From: an uncultured Actinomycetota bacterium
Lineage (GTDB): Bacteria > Actinomycetota > Actinomycetes > CAVWCF01
NCBI GenBank assembly: GCA_963753435.1
Contig: CAVWCF010000001.1
Coordinates: 896,001-960,000, forward strand
Length of the DNA stretch: 64,000 bases
Direction of reading: 5' to 3'
Under the pieces are notes generated by a model that saw only the letters and a list, made by a program, of their open reading frames with translations, did no database searches and had not been told where the DNA came from. Positions 9,101-19,164 of the stretch are shown in pieces. The stretch's first letter is position 1. Every line of letters starts with the position of its first letter. The position numbers and the translations under genes were made by a program.

Positions 9101-10730
9101 TCGATCCCCGCATGTGCGGGTAGTCGTGGGACCTTGGCGGATCCAGGGTCTCCTTTATCGACCTCGTCGAAGTCCACCTGATCAGGTTCTGCACCGACCC
9201 CGCCTTGTCATTGGTCCCGGAGGCGCGCGCACCACCGAACGGCTGCTGACCGACGACCGCACCCGTCGGCTTGTCGTTCACGTAGAAGTTGCCCGCCGCG
9301 AAGCGCAGCACATCGGTCGCCTGGGCGATCGCGGCCGCATCTCGCGCAATCACCGCACCCGTGAGCGCGTACGGCGCCACCGACTCCAGCTGCCGCATCA
9401 TCGGCTCCCAGTCCGCGTCGGGATAGACGAAAACGGTGAGCAGGGGTCCGAAGTACTCGGTTGCGAACATCTCGTCAGCGGGATCATCGGACACCACCAC
9501 TGTTGGTCTGATGAACCATCCGGCCGAGTCGTCGTACTTACCACCGGCGACGACGTTCAGGCCAGCCGTGGCATGCGCGCGATCGATCGCTGCAGTGATC
9601 TTGGCGAACGCCCCGGCATCAATCACGGCCGACGTGAAGTTCGACAGGTCGGTCACCGGACCAACGGAGAGATCGTCCACCTGCTCCACGAAGTCGCTAC
9701 GCATCTGCGACCACAAGGAAGCCGGTATGTAGGCGCGTGAAGCGGCCGAGCACTTCTGCCCGGAGTACTCAAAGGCGCCGCGGATCAAGGCCGTGCGCAG
9801 TACCGCGGGATCGGCACTCGGATGGGCAAGCACGAAGTCCTTGCCGCCGGTTTCACCTACGAGGCGCGGGTAGGTGCGGTAGGAGGAGATGTTGGAACCC
9901 ACAGTTGCCCAGAGCCGCTGGAAAACCGCCGTCGATCCGGTGAAGTGGATACCGGCCAGATCGGGATCGGCGAGGGCGACCTCGGACACCGCAAGGCCGT
10001 CTCCAGTCACCAGGTTGATCACGCCGTCCGGCAGCCCGGCCTCGCGTAGTAGCCGCATCGTGAAGTGAGCTGCGAACTGCTGAGTGTGCGCTGGCTTCCA
10101 GACCACGGTGTTGCCCATGAGCGCAGGTGCCGTCGGCAGGTTGGCGGCGATGGCGGTGAAGTTGAACGGCGTGATCGCATATACGAATCCCTCTAGGGGT
10201 CTGTGATCGGACCGATTCCAGACCCCGGGGGAACTCAACGGTTGCTCGGCCAGAATTTGCTCGGCGAAGGCAACGTTGAAACGCCAGAAGTCGATCAGTT
10301 CACACGCCGCGTCGATCTCGGCCTGCTGCACTGTCTTGCTCTGCCCAAGCATGGTCGCGGCATTCAACGTTGCGCGCCACGGCCCGGCGAGCAGATCCGC
10401 CGCACGCAACAGCACACCGGCGCGATCCGCAAACGACATCGACCGCCACATCGGTGCCGCCGACTTGGCCGCGGCCACCGCGGCCGCGGCATCGGACTGA
10501 GTCGCCTTGTTCAGCCGACCCAGTACCTCGGCGTGAGCATGGGGCTGGACCACGTCAATCGGTTCGCCGCCGCCGAGTCGCTCGACACCGTCGATGGTGC
10601 ACGGCAAGTCGATGGGATCGGCCGCCAGTTCGGTGAGCCTGTCGACCAATTCCGTCCGTTCCGGCGCGCCGGGCGCGTACGTAAGAACGGGCTCGTTCCG
10701 AGGCACCGGAACCCGGGTTACCGCGTCCAC
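9093..10730 (-). CDS. pruA: L-glutamate gamma-semialdehyde (P5C) dehydrogenase
   Basis: ITPFNF, FTGST, GETGGK, FEYSGQKCSA, EYFGP, GTNDKAG. Start set at GTG 10730 (MDAVTRVP), with CACCAT 7 nt upstream. Confidence 0.96.
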   Translation of the reverse strand: MDAVTRVPVPRNEPVLTYAPGAPERTELVDRLTELAADPIDLPCTIDGVERLGGGEPIDVVQPHAHAEVLGRLNKATQSDAAAAVAAAKSAAPMWRSMSFADRAGVLLRAADLLAGPWRATLNAATMLGQSKTVQQAEIDAACELIDFWRFNVAFAEQILAEQPLSSPGVWNRSDHRPLEGFVYAITPFNFTAIAANLPTAPALMGNTVVWKPAHTQQFAAHFTMRLLREAGLPDGVINLVTGDGLAVSEVALADPDLAGIHFTGSTAVFQRLWATVGSNISSYRTYPRLVGETGGKDFVLAHPSADPAVLRTALIRGAFEYSGQKCSAASRAYIPASLWSQMRSDFVEQVDDLSVGPVTDLSNFTSAVIDAGAFAKITAAIDRAHATAGLNVVAGGKYDDSAGWFIRPTVVVSDDPADEMFATEYFGPLLTVFVYPDADWEPMMRQLESVAPYALTGAVIARDAAAIAQATDVLRFAAGNFYVNDKPTGAVVGQQPFGGARASGTNDKAGSVQNLIRWTSTRSIKETLDPPRSHDYPHMRGSND

Positions 10731-10743
10731 ATCCCCCATGGTG

Positions 10744-11193
10744 TCACTCGTTGGTCGCGGCGGTCCCGAACCTCGCCAGAAGATCCGCCGCCTCCCCGGC
10801 GGCGAACCAGAGGAGGTGCCCGAGCGGGTCCGGTTCCGCGGCGTCGGGGTCATCGGCATGAACCGCCGCCACAGCCGACCAGGCGATCGGGCTGGTCACT
10901 TGGACCCGGCCGGTGTCTGCGGCGAGGGAGGCCACTTCCGCATCCGCGCAGTCGACTGAGACCACGATCCTCGGCGTCGCCGAGCCGAGTTCGGCGACCG
11001 CAGCGCTGAACGCCGCGTACTCGGCGGCTTCGGTGTCGGTGTCAGCGTCCGACGCCTCCGCGCCGGGTTGCCCGGCGGCCCCGCGAAGATCGGCAACGGC
11101 CGCCGCGAACCCGGTGACCGGCGCCGCGATGCTCCCGGAACTGCGCCAGGACTCCAGGACGCCAACCGCGACCGGCAGGTAGACGCGCATCAT
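10744..11193 (-). CDS. Conserved actinobacterial hypothetical protein (DUF6912-like)
   Basis: MRVYLP...EAAEYAA...RIVVSVD...AAVHAD...LLWFA pattern. Start overlaps the patatin stop. Confidence 0.75.
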   Translation of the reverse strand: MMRVYLPVAVGVLESWRSSGSIAAPVTGFAAAVADLRGAAGQPGAEASDADTDTEAAEYAAFSAAVAELGSATPRIVVSVDCADAEVASLAADTGRVQVTSPIAWSAVAAVHADDPDAAEPDPLGHLLWFAAGEAADLLARFGTAATNE

Positions 11194-12155
11194 CCGGCCC
11201 AGGGAATGGTGTCGACCGTGGCCGCCGATGCGATGGCCGCTGGACTCGTCGCCAGCGACATTTCCAGGACCTCACGGCGGCGGGATGGGTCCATCATGTT
11301 GGCGCCAAGTACGGCGAGGTCGTCCGGGCCCGGAGTGACCAGCCGCACCGTGCTGCCCGCATCGCGCAGCCGGCCCGCCTCCTTGAGGAGCCGGCGGGTG
11401 ATGGAGCGACGGAAAGCTCGCTCGGCTCGTGCGCCGGTCGTAGTCGGGTTGTCCGGGCGCAGCGACGCCATCGGCGCGAACACCCAGACCTCATCCAGGC
11501 CCAGCGCTCCCAGCGTGTCGGCACTGGCACTGGACATCGTGCCGCTGTCTACATAGCGGCGCCCAGCGATCGTCACTGGGGAGAACCAGCCCGGGATCGC
11601 GCAGGACGCGCGCACAGCTTCGCTCAGCAGTGCCGGAGGTGAGCCCTCCCGCCCGAACACCGTGCGCCTTCCGGTGTCGTAGTCCATGGTCACGATCCAC
11701 GTGCGCGGTTGCGTCGGCCACGTGTCGGCCACGGCTTCGATGAGGTCGGAGACAGAATCCAGCGGTCGCCGCCCCTGGGGCAGCAAGGCGGCCAGCGCTG
11801 CGGCCGGGTGAACCCGACGTGGCTGCCGCAACGTTCGCCAGAGGAGGGGCACGGATCCGAACCCCGGCCTCGGAATGCTCGGCAACGCGCCACCCGTGGC
11901 TTCTGCGTGATCGAACGTTCGTTGCGCCAACGGCCCGGTCCGAACCGGCTGATCCTGCTCATGAGCCAACAGCTCGGAGACTTGGACACCAGAGGCCAGC
12001 AGGGCCGCCAGCACGCTGCCGGCCGACGTGCCCTGGATCGTGTCGAAGCCACCAGGGGAAAGCCCGCGCTCGGCTTCGAGCGCGGCCAGCGCGCCGATCG
12101 TCCACGCCGCACCGAGCACGCCGCCGGCACCGAGAACCAGGCCACGGACCGTCAA
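11190..12155 (-). CDS. Patatin-like phospholipase
   Basis: GAGGVLG, GTSAG, ASCAIPGWF, YVDSG (DGG variant). TTG 12155 overlaps the WS/DGAT stop. Confidence 0.92.
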   Translation of the reverse strand: MTVRGLVLGAGGVLGAAWTIGALAALEAERGLSPGGFDTIQGTSAGSVLAALLASGVQVSELLAHEQDQPVRTGPLAQRTFDHAEATGGALPSIPRPGFGSVPLLWRTLRQPRRVHPAAALAALLPQGRRPLDSVSDLIEAVADTWPTQPRTWIVTMDYDTGRRTVFGREGSPPALLSEAVRASCAIPGWFSPVTIAGRRYVDSGTMSSASADTLGALGLDEVWVFAPMASLRPDNPTTTGARAERAFRRSITRRLLKEAGRLRDAGSTVRLVTPGPDDLAVLGANMMDPSRRREVLEMSLATSPAAIASAATVDTIPWAG

Positions 12156-13540
12156 CGCAGCGTCCCGAGCAGTTCGTTCATCGACTCGGTCAGGCAATCC
12201 GCCAGGACCGCCAGGTCCGGGACAGCGTCCCGGTCGGCGGTCAGCCCGAAGGAGACGTTGCCGTCGTACGACGTGCAGCCGATACCCAGGCCTTGCGCCT
12301 TGGCCAACGGCACCACCGGATATGCCGCCAGCATGCGAGCCCCAGCGGCGTAGAGCGGGAACTGCGGCCCCGGCACGTTGGTGACCAGCACGTTGTAGAT
12401 GCGGCGAGACAGGCCCGATGCGCTTCGGGCCGCCAGTCCGTGGATGGTCGACGGGGCGAATCCCGCGAGGCTGACCAACGCGTCCGCGCCGACCGCCTGT
12501 CCGGACTCCTTGTGCCCAGTCATCCGGTAGGAGATCTGCTGCAGACGCACCACCGGGTTGGGCTCACCCACCGGAAGGTCCACGAAGAGCGGCGCCACCC
12601 GGTTGCCGCCGGTTTCGTCTTCCGGACCCCGGACGCTGACCGGAACCATCGCCCGGATCGTGGTCGATGACGTCACCGGTTCACCCCGGGTCAGCATCCA
12701 GGCGCGCAGGCCCCCGGTGACAGCCGCCAGGATCACATCGTTGACGGTGCCGCCATGCTGCTTGCGGACCCGCTTGTAATCGTCGAGCAGCGTGTCCACC
12801 CGCGTGAACCGGCGCTGCCCGGAAATGGTCACGTTCCAAGAAGTCGCCGGCGCCGGCCGAGCTGCCCGACGTGCAGCCGACATGACCGCGCCGGTGTTCT
12901 TCAGCAGGCTCATCCCGGCCTGGCCGATGTCCGACGCCCCCCGTCCGACCGCATCCAGCAGCCTGGTCGGGCGCCTGGTGAACTCCCAGACCGACCCGGC
13001 CCACAGCGTCAGCGAGCCCGGGGGCGGAGTTGGCACCCAAGTGTCCGGCGGGACCTCGCGTGGATCCGGCGAGACATCCAGGATCACCTGCCCGATGTCG
13101 ATGCTGCTCACGCCGTCGACCATGGAGTGGTGGGTCTTGGTCAGGATCGCGAAGCGGTCATCGCTGAGGCCCTCGACCAGATACATCTCCCACATCGGTC
13201 GGCTGCGGTCCAAAGGCCGCGACATGATTCGCGACACCAGCTCGTCCAGTTGCTCCAGGCTGCCGGGCGCGGGCAGCGCTGACCGGCGTACGTGGAACGT
13301 GACGTCGAAGTCCTCGTCGTCCACCCACACCGGGGGCAGCAGGCCCCCCGGGACGGACTTCAGCTCCTGCCGGAAACGAGGTACGAAGGCGATGCGCTCC
13401 GAGATCAGGCCCAGCAGTTGTTCGTAGTCGAAACCCTCGGTCGGCCGTTCGAACAGCGCTACCCCGCCGATGTGCATCGGGGTCGTCTCGTCCTCCAGGT
13501 ACAGGAACGAGGCGTCCAGTGAACTGAGCCGATCCGCCAC
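12152..13540 (-). CDS. Wax ester synthase/diacylglycerol acyltransferase (WS/DGAT)
   Basis: LSSLDASFL, PMHIG, PLDRSRPMWE, catalytic HHSMVDG, TVNDV, TNVPGP. GGAGGAGG SD. Confidence 0.95.
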   Translation of the reverse strand: MADRLSSLDASFLYLEDETTPMHIGGVALFERPTEGFDYEQLLGLISERIAFVPRFRQELKSVPGGLLPPVWVDDEDFDVTFHVRRSALPAPGSLEQLDELVSRIMSRPLDRSRPMWEMYLVEGLSDDRFAILTKTHHSMVDGVSSIDIGQVILDVSPDPREVPPDTWVPTPPPGSLTLWAGSVWEFTRRPTRLLDAVGRGASDIGQAGMSLLKNTGAVMSAARRAARPAPATSWNVTISGQRRFTRVDTLLDDYKRVRKQHGGTVNDVILAAVTGGLRAWMLTRGEPVTSSTTIRAMVPVSVRGPEDETGGNRVAPLFVDLPVGEPNPVVRLQQISYRMTGHKESGQAVGADALVSLAGFAPSTIHGLAARSASGLSRRIYNVLVTNVPGPQFPLYAAGARMLAAYPVVPLAKAQGLGIGCTSYDGNVSFGLTADRDAVPDLAVLADCLTESMNELLGTLR

Positions 13541-13642
13541 GGCAAGCCTCCTCCGACCCCCTAAAGAATCATCGTTTCACGACTGGCGCACCCCCGCCGG
13601 GCATCTGCGCCGACGCGCCAGCGGTCCAGGTACCGTGATCGT

Positions 13643-14152
13643 GTGACCAGCGCGCCCGCTAAGCGACATCCAGTCGCCTCCACCGAACAAGCGCGCTCAG
13701 CACGGTCGGCGTGGCGATCGCGTGCGCTGCCGGCTGCCAGCGCAGCATTGGCGACGATGCTGCTGGCTACCGGTTGTGCCGCCGCCGACAACGAAGCCGG
13801 CTCAACCACACAGCCCACAACCAGTTCCAGCCCGAACGAATCCTCGACCTCCTCCACGACGCCAAGCGGGGTACCCACCGACCTGGCCCGGCCGATCCGG
13901 ATCGATGTCGCCCAGTCCGGCGGGGTCGTGACTCCCCCGCCGTCGCGAGTCGAGGTGCCGCTGGGCTCGGCGGTTGTACTCCGCGTCGGCAGCGACGTTG
14001 CCGACCAGATTCACGTCCACGGCTACGAGTTGGAGCAGGACGTCGCGGCCGGGGGCACGACCACCTTCGAGTTCACCGCTGATCAGAGTGGCCTGTTCGA
14101 GGTGGAGACACACGAGACCGCGCTGCTGTTGCTACAGCTGCAGGTGGCTTGA
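13643..14152 (+). CDS. Putative lipoprotein with a cupredoxin-like His-motif domain
   Basis: Hydrophobic segment ending LLATGC (lipobox-like), Ser/Thr linker, beta domain with IHVHGY and GLFEVETH. TACCGT 6 nt before GTG. Confidence 0.8.
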   Translation: MTSAPAKRHPVASTEQARSARSAWRSRALPAASAALATMLLATGCAAADNEAGSTTQPTTSSSPNESSTSSTTPSGVPTDLARPIRIDVAQSGGVVTPPPSRVEVPLGSAVVLRVGSDVADQIHVHGYELEQDVAAGGTTTFEFTADQSGLFEVETHETALLLLQLQVA

Positions 14153-15471
14153 CCGCGGTGGCCCTGAGCGGTCTGGCCGCTCACGGAATCGCCGGTCGCC
14201 AGGACCTACCCATCCCGTTCTGGGCCGCGGTCCTGGGTTCGGCCGTTGCGCTGCTGGCGACCTTCGCGATTCTCGCCTTCGCCTGGCCAACTCCTCGGCT
14301 CAACGGCGATCGCGCCGGCACCGAGGTTCCAGCCTGGCTCGCCGGCACGCTGGACTCACCTGCCTGGAGGTGGGGCTGGCGGATTTTCGGCGCGCTGGTC
14401 GCCGCCTACGTCGGCATGGCGGCTCTCTTCGGTCCCGACGACGCCCTCAACCCGACCGCGGGATTCATCTACGTCATCTTCTGGGTGGGGATTCTCGCCG
14501 TCGCCAGCGCCGTTCTTGGCCCGATCTGGCCGGCGCTGAACCCGATCCGGACGCTGGCGATGCTGCTCGCCCGAATCCGCAACACCGCGACCGAGCGCCC
14601 GCTGCCATCTGGGTGGGGTATCCGACCGGCAGTCCTCGCGCTTGGGTCCTTCATCTGGCTGGAACTGGTCGCACCCGACCGGGGCACCCTGGGCGTGATC
14701 AATGCCTTCGTGGCGATGTACCTCGTGGCCATGCTGGTGGGCGTCGTCGTGTACGGCGTGCGGTGGCTGGATGCCGCGGATGGCTTCGAGAGCTACAGCC
14801 GACTGGTCGGCACCATGGCTGTGCTTGGCCGACGCGACGGCGTGCGAGTTTGGCGCGGCCCGCTGCGGGGACTCGATGCGATTCGCCCAGTGCCCGGCAT
14901 GGTCGCGTTCCTGGTTCTGCTAATCGGATCCACGCTCTACGACGGGCTGTCCAACTCCCCGCAGTGGGTCCGAATCGCCCAGTCCGGGACTTTGCCGCAG
15001 CCGGTCATCGGCACGATCGGGTTGATTGCCGCAACCGTCGCCATCGGGGCCGTCTACGCAGTCGCTGCTCGCGCCACTGGTCGTATCGGGGGCGCCGAGC
15101 CGAGCGCGATGCCGCTGCAATTCGCGCACTCCTTGATCCCCATCGCGCTGGGCTACGTGATCGCGCACTACTACTCACTACTGGTCATCGCCGGGCAACA
15201 GACCGTGCAGCGCCTGTCAGATCCGCTCGGCAACGGTTCGGACCTACTGGGAGTTGCCGACCGTGGCGTCGACCTGACCTGGGCCCAGCCGACCACGGTC
15301 GCCACAGTTCAGGTGTTGGCTGTCGTGGTGGGCCACATCATGGCGGGGCTGCTGGCACATGACCGCGCGGTACGGGTGCTTGCGGCCCGACCGGTGGCCG
15401 GGCAACTGCCGCTGCTGGGCGCCATGGTGCTCTTCACCGTCACGGCGTTGCTGTTGCTGTTCGCTGCCTGA
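14149..15471 (+). CDS. Polytopic membrane protein with His motifs, function unknown
   Basis: About 10 hydrophobic segments. AHG near the N-terminus, HSLIPIALGYVIAHY, GHIMAGLLAHD. TTGA overlap with the lipoprotein gene. Confidence 0.85.
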   Translation: MTAVALSGLAAHGIAGRQDLPIPFWAAVLGSAVALLATFAILAFAWPTPRLNGDRAGTEVPAWLAGTLDSPAWRWGWRIFGALVAAYVGMAALFGPDDALNPTAGFIYVIFWVGILAVASAVLGPIWPALNPIRTLAMLLARIRNTATERPLPSGWGIRPAVLALGSFIWLELVAPDRGTLGVINAFVAMYLVAMLVGVVVYGVRWLDAADGFESYSRLVGTMAVLGRRDGVRVWRGPLRGLDAIRPVPGMVAFLVLLIGSTLYDGLSNSPQWVRIAQSGTLPQPVIGTIGLIAATVAIGAVYAVAARATGRIGGAEPSAMPLQFAHSLIPIALGYVIAHYYSLLVIAGQQTVQRLSDPLGNGSDLLGVADRGVDLTWAQPTTVATVQVLAVVVGHIMAGLLAHDRAVRVLAARPVAGQLPLLGAMVLFTVTALLLLFAA

Positions 15472-15488
15472 GAACCGACGATCGTTGC

Positions 15489-16139
15489 TCACTGTCGCAA
15501 CGGCAGGTCGAACAGCACCTCCAGTTCACTCGCGGTGCTCTCGTAGTCGTTGTGCAGCACGCCGACCATCCCTACCTCAACGGCAGCGTTGACGTTCGGC
15601 GGCAGATCGTCGACGAACACACACTCCGCCGGGTCCAGCTCCAAGAGGGCGCAGGTGTGAAAGTAGATGCGGTGCTCCGGCTTTCGCATGCCCACTTCGC
15701 CGGAGATAACCACGGCGTCGAACATTTCGTCCCAGCCATCTCGTGGGTAGGAGTTGCCCCAGGAGTTGGACAGCAGCGCCGTGCGCAGCCCCGATTCGTG
15801 CGCGCGGCGCACCAACCCGGCCATGTCCGGCGCGTGCTCGAATCGCGCGAACATGCGGTCGACCATTCCGTCGGGGCTGGGTGCGGCACCGGTGCCTTGC
15901 CAAAGCCGCTCCGCCAGGTGCTGCTCGAACTCCGGCACCTCCAACTCGCCTCGTTCCAGAGCGTGCACCGGGTTGTAGGTGGCCTCCATACCTGCCTCAG
16001 GACCCAACCATTGAGCCATCACAGCCGAGAAGTGCGCGTAGTCGATGCCGTCGTCAGCCGCCCAGGCCGCCATCGACTCCCCAAGACCGGAGGTGAGAAC
16101 TCCGCCCCAGTCGACCAGGAGTCCGCGCAACTGCCGCAC
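15489..16139 (-). CDS. HAD-IA family phosphatase
   Basis: LVDWGGV, LLSNSW, MRKPE, FVDD..PNV. Start GTG 16139 lies 7 nt after TAGGGT. Confidence 0.9.
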   Translation of the reverse strand: MRQLRGLLVDWGGVLTSGLGESMAAWAADDGIDYAHFSAVMAQWLGPEAGMEATYNPVHALERGELEVPEFEQHLAERLWQGTGAAPSPDGMVDRMFARFEHAPDMAGLVRRAHESGLRTALLSNSWGNSYPRDGWDEMFDAVVISGEVGMRKPEHRIYFHTCALLELDPAECVFVDDLPPNVNAAVEVGMVGVLHNDYESTASELEVLFDLPLRQ

Positions 16140-16216
16140 TCCACAGACCCTACGACGGGCAGGTGCAAGGACGTATGACCCGGCTGCGGCGTCCTGGAGA
16201 CGGTTAGCCTCGCGGG

Positions 16217-17902
16217 GTGACCAGCCCGAACGCGTCCGCGGCGCAAACAACCGAGAGTTCCCGACGGCGATGGGTGTCGCTGCTCTTCATCAGCCTGGGC
16301 ATTTCGATGATCATGGTCGACGCGACCGTGGTCAACGTGGTGCTGCCCTCGGTGGTACGCGACCTCTCCTTGTCTTCCACTCAGGCCGAGTGGGTAATCG
16401 CCATCTATCCACTCGTGTTCGCCGCCCTGCTGGTGACCTTCGGGTCGGTAGGTGACCGCGCCGGACGCCGACGCGTATTCATCATCGGCGCGATCGGCTT
16501 CGTGGCCGCAAGCATCCTGGTCGCCTCCGCGGGCAGCCCCGAGGTGCTCATCGCCGGGCGCTTCCTGCAGGGCATCGGGGGCGCTGCGATGTTGCCGACG
16601 TCGCTGTCCCTGGTGAACGCCATCTTCACCGGCCGCGACCGCCCGATCGCGTTCGGGATCTGGGGGGCCGTGATCGGGGGCATGTCCGCAATCGGACCCC
16701 TGCTGGGCGGGTGGTTGACGACCACCGCAACGTGGCGCTTGGCGTTCTGGATCAACGTCCCCATCGGCATCGCCTTGGTGGTCGGGTCGCTGCTATTGGT
16801 GCCGGAGAGCCGCAACCCCGCCGCCCAAAAGGGTCTGGACTTCGTCGGGGTGCTGCTGTCGGCCTTCGGCCTCGGCCTCATCGTTTTCGCGCTGATCGAG
16901 GGACAGCGCTACGGCTGGTGGATCGCGTCGGAGGACCTCACCCTGCTGGGGATCACCTTCGAATCCGGTTCCCTGTCGGGGATTCCGTTGGCGATGGCGC
17001 TGGGGGGCGTCATCCTCGCCGGGTTCTTCTACTGGCAACTACGCCAATCGCGGCTTGGCAACCCGGTATTGCTGGACCTCACGCTCTTCCGAATCCCGTC
17101 CTTCCGCTACGGCAACGTCGTCGCGTTGATCGTGCAGTTCGGCGAGTTCGGGCTGATCTTCGTCTTGCCGGTGTACCTCGTGAACGTTCTCGGCTACAGC
17201 GCGCTGCAGGCCGGCGGAGTCATCGCCCTGGTCGCGCTTGGCGTCTTCATCGGCGGGCCCAGCGCTGGGCAGTTGGCCGCCCAGCGCGGCGGCCGGCTGG
17301 TCGTGCGCCTGGGCATGACCCTGGAGATAGCCGGGATGGCTTGGGTCGCATTGCTGATCTCACCAACTACCTCCACCTGGGCGATGGCCCCAGGTCTCGT
17401 GGTCTATGGGGCCGGGGTCGGGTTCGCGACCGCCCAGTTGACGAACGTGCTGCTCAGCGACGTGCCGGTAGTCAAGTCCGGTCAGGCCTCCGGTGCGCAG
17501 AGCACCACCAGGCAGGTGGGTGCGGCTCTGGGTATCGCCGTGCTCGGAGCCGTGCTGTTCACCGGCATCGGCTCCTTCGTCGCCGACGAGGTTGCCGCTA
17601 CCGGCGCGGTCAGCGCGCAGGAGGCCCAGGTCATCGGTGCGACCGCGCAGGCGTCCGCGGCGACCAGCGTTCCGCAGTTGCCAAATGCCGAGGTCCAACT
17701 GGCTGCCGAACAGGGCGTGGTGCGGGCTGCGCAAGCGGCGATTTGGACCGCCATCGGCTTCGTGGTTCTGGGCCTGATCGCCACCTTGCGGCTGCCGGAC
17801 GACCTCGCACTTCGACGCGCCCGCGAGGCAGCTGCCGAAGCCGAAGCGGAAGCCGAGGTTGCGGCAACGCCGGCACCCACCGAGGCGGAAGCCGACGCAT
17901 AG
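16217..17902 (+). CDS. DHA2 (14-TMS) MFS efflux transporter
   Basis: DATVVNVVLP, GDRAGRRR motif A, GRFLQGIGG, GPLLGGWL, WINVPIG. TAGCCT 6 nt before GTG. Confidence 0.93.
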   Translation: MTSPNASAAQTTESSRRRWVSLLFISLGISMIMVDATVVNVVLPSVVRDLSLSSTQAEWVIAIYPLVFAALLVTFGSVGDRAGRRRVFIIGAIGFVAASILVASAGSPEVLIAGRFLQGIGGAAMLPTSLSLVNAIFTGRDRPIAFGIWGAVIGGMSAIGPLLGGWLTTTATWRLAFWINVPIGIALVVGSLLLVPESRNPAAQKGLDFVGVLLSAFGLGLIVFALIEGQRYGWWIASEDLTLLGITFESGSLSGIPLAMALGGVILAGFFYWQLRQSRLGNPVLLDLTLFRIPSFRYGNVVALIVQFGEFGLIFVLPVYLVNVLGYSALQAGGVIALVALGVFIGGPSAGQLAAQRGGRLVVRLGMTLEIAGMAWVALLISPTTSTWAMAPGLVVYGAGVGFATAQLTNVLLSDVPVVKSGQASGAQSTTRQVGAALGIAVLGAVLFTGIGSFVADEVAATGAVSAQEAQVIGATAQASAATSVPQLPNAEVQLAAEQGVVRAAQAAIWTAIGFVVLGLIATLRLPDDLALRRAREAAAEAEAEAEVAATPAPTEAEADA

Positions 17903-17964
17903 GCCCACTCGGGCACCCGGAGATCGCCGGCGTCGGTGGTGCACTGTCGGCCGGGATGAGTCTC

Positions 17965-19164
17965 TCAGCCGGGCGCAGCCAGCCGCCAACCCCAACGGCG
18001 TGGCGCAGCAGTTGCACCTGTCAATCCGGCGCGGAGCGTTCGCAGGCTCTGGCGCATCGATGATCGCGGCGCCACCGAGGCCAGCGCCCGACCGGCCGCC
18101 AGCGCACGATCGACGGCCGCAATCTCATCGGGGACCTGCCAAGTCCGATCGGCGACGACCCCCGCCAGCGCCAACGCCTTGTTCAGTTCCCCGGCACGGA
18201 ATTCCTGCCGGCGCATCCGGTTCAGCAGCACGTGCAGTTCGGCGGTCGACTCCGTCGCCCGCAACTCCTGCACTGCGGTCACCAACCTCGCCAGCCCCAC
18301 CGGATCGGGCAGACCCACGACTAGCACCTGATCCGCGGCGGCCAACGCTGAAGCCCCAACACCCGGTTCTGCGACGTCGGCGGCACCGGCATCGACCACG
18401 ACGACGTCGGCGATCAAGCGCGCTACCGACCAAACCTGCTCCAGCGCCGTGGGTGGCGGTGGCGTTCGGATCGGACGCGCAGTCCCAGTGAGGATGCGCA
18501 ACCGATCGCTTACCTGCGGCGCCAACCGCGCCAGCGCCGGTAGGTCTAGCCCGGCCTGGTTGGCGGCTCGCGCAGCCGCCAACACCCCCGCGTGGTCATC
18601 CAGAACTCCGGCCATCTGCGCCAGCGAGCCGACTCGGTCGTCGGCGTCCACCAACAGAGTCGAGGAACCGGCAAGAGCCCACTCTGCGGCCAGATTCAGC
18701 GCCACGGTGCTTCGCCCCGGCGCACCTGGCGGCCCCCAGACGACGACCAGCCGGCCAGCGGAATCGACCGCCGTCGCGGATTCCGTTGGCAGGGCCGCGT
18801 CGACCACCGGCTCGCTGAGCACGGCTTCGGCCAAGGCCGTCAGGATCGCCTGAGCGTCGACCGCTCCACTGACCACAACGTCAACACGCCATTGCCGCAG
18901 GCGCCGCTCGGCTGCCTCGTCGCGGGCAACCCCGACGACTCGCATCCCATGCGCTCGCAGGTCGTCGATGACCCGGGCATCCAGGGCCCGGTGCTCGGCG
19001 GAGATAACGGCGACGTCGGCCGTCCCGGCGCGGGCGACGGCTCGGACCTCGGTCAGGTCCACGCAGCGGCGGACCAGGGTCCATTCCCCCCGCTCGGACA
19101 AAGCGGCGGCGACCTCGGCATCCAGGCTCCGGTCCGCCAGGGCGCAAACCACGCTCCCGGTCAC
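17965..19164 (-). CDS. CpaE/TadZ-like protein: pseudo-receiver + MinD/ParA-like ATPase
   Basis: Receiver-like N-terminus (ADVAVIS, no acceptor Asp), deviant Walker A GPPGAPGRST, LLVDAD, VVVVDAG, VLLNR. Confidence 0.85.
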   Translation of the reverse strand: MTGSVVCALADRSLDAEVAAALSERGEWTLVRRCVDLTEVRAVARAGTADVAVISAEHRALDARVIDDLRAHGMRVVGVARDEAAERRLRQWRVDVVVSGAVDAQAILTALAEAVLSEPVVDAALPTESATAVDSAGRLVVVWGPPGAPGRSTVALNLAAEWALAGSSTLLVDADDRVGSLAQMAGVLDDHAGVLAAARAANQAGLDLPALARLAPQVSDRLRILTGTARPIRTPPPPTALEQVWSVARLIADVVVVDAGAADVAEPGVGASALAAADQVLVVGLPDPVGLARLVTAVQELRATESTAELHVLLNRMRRQEFRAGELNKALALAGVVADRTWQVPDEIAAVDRALAAGRALASVAPRSSMRQSLRTLRAGLTGATAAPRRWGWRLAAPG

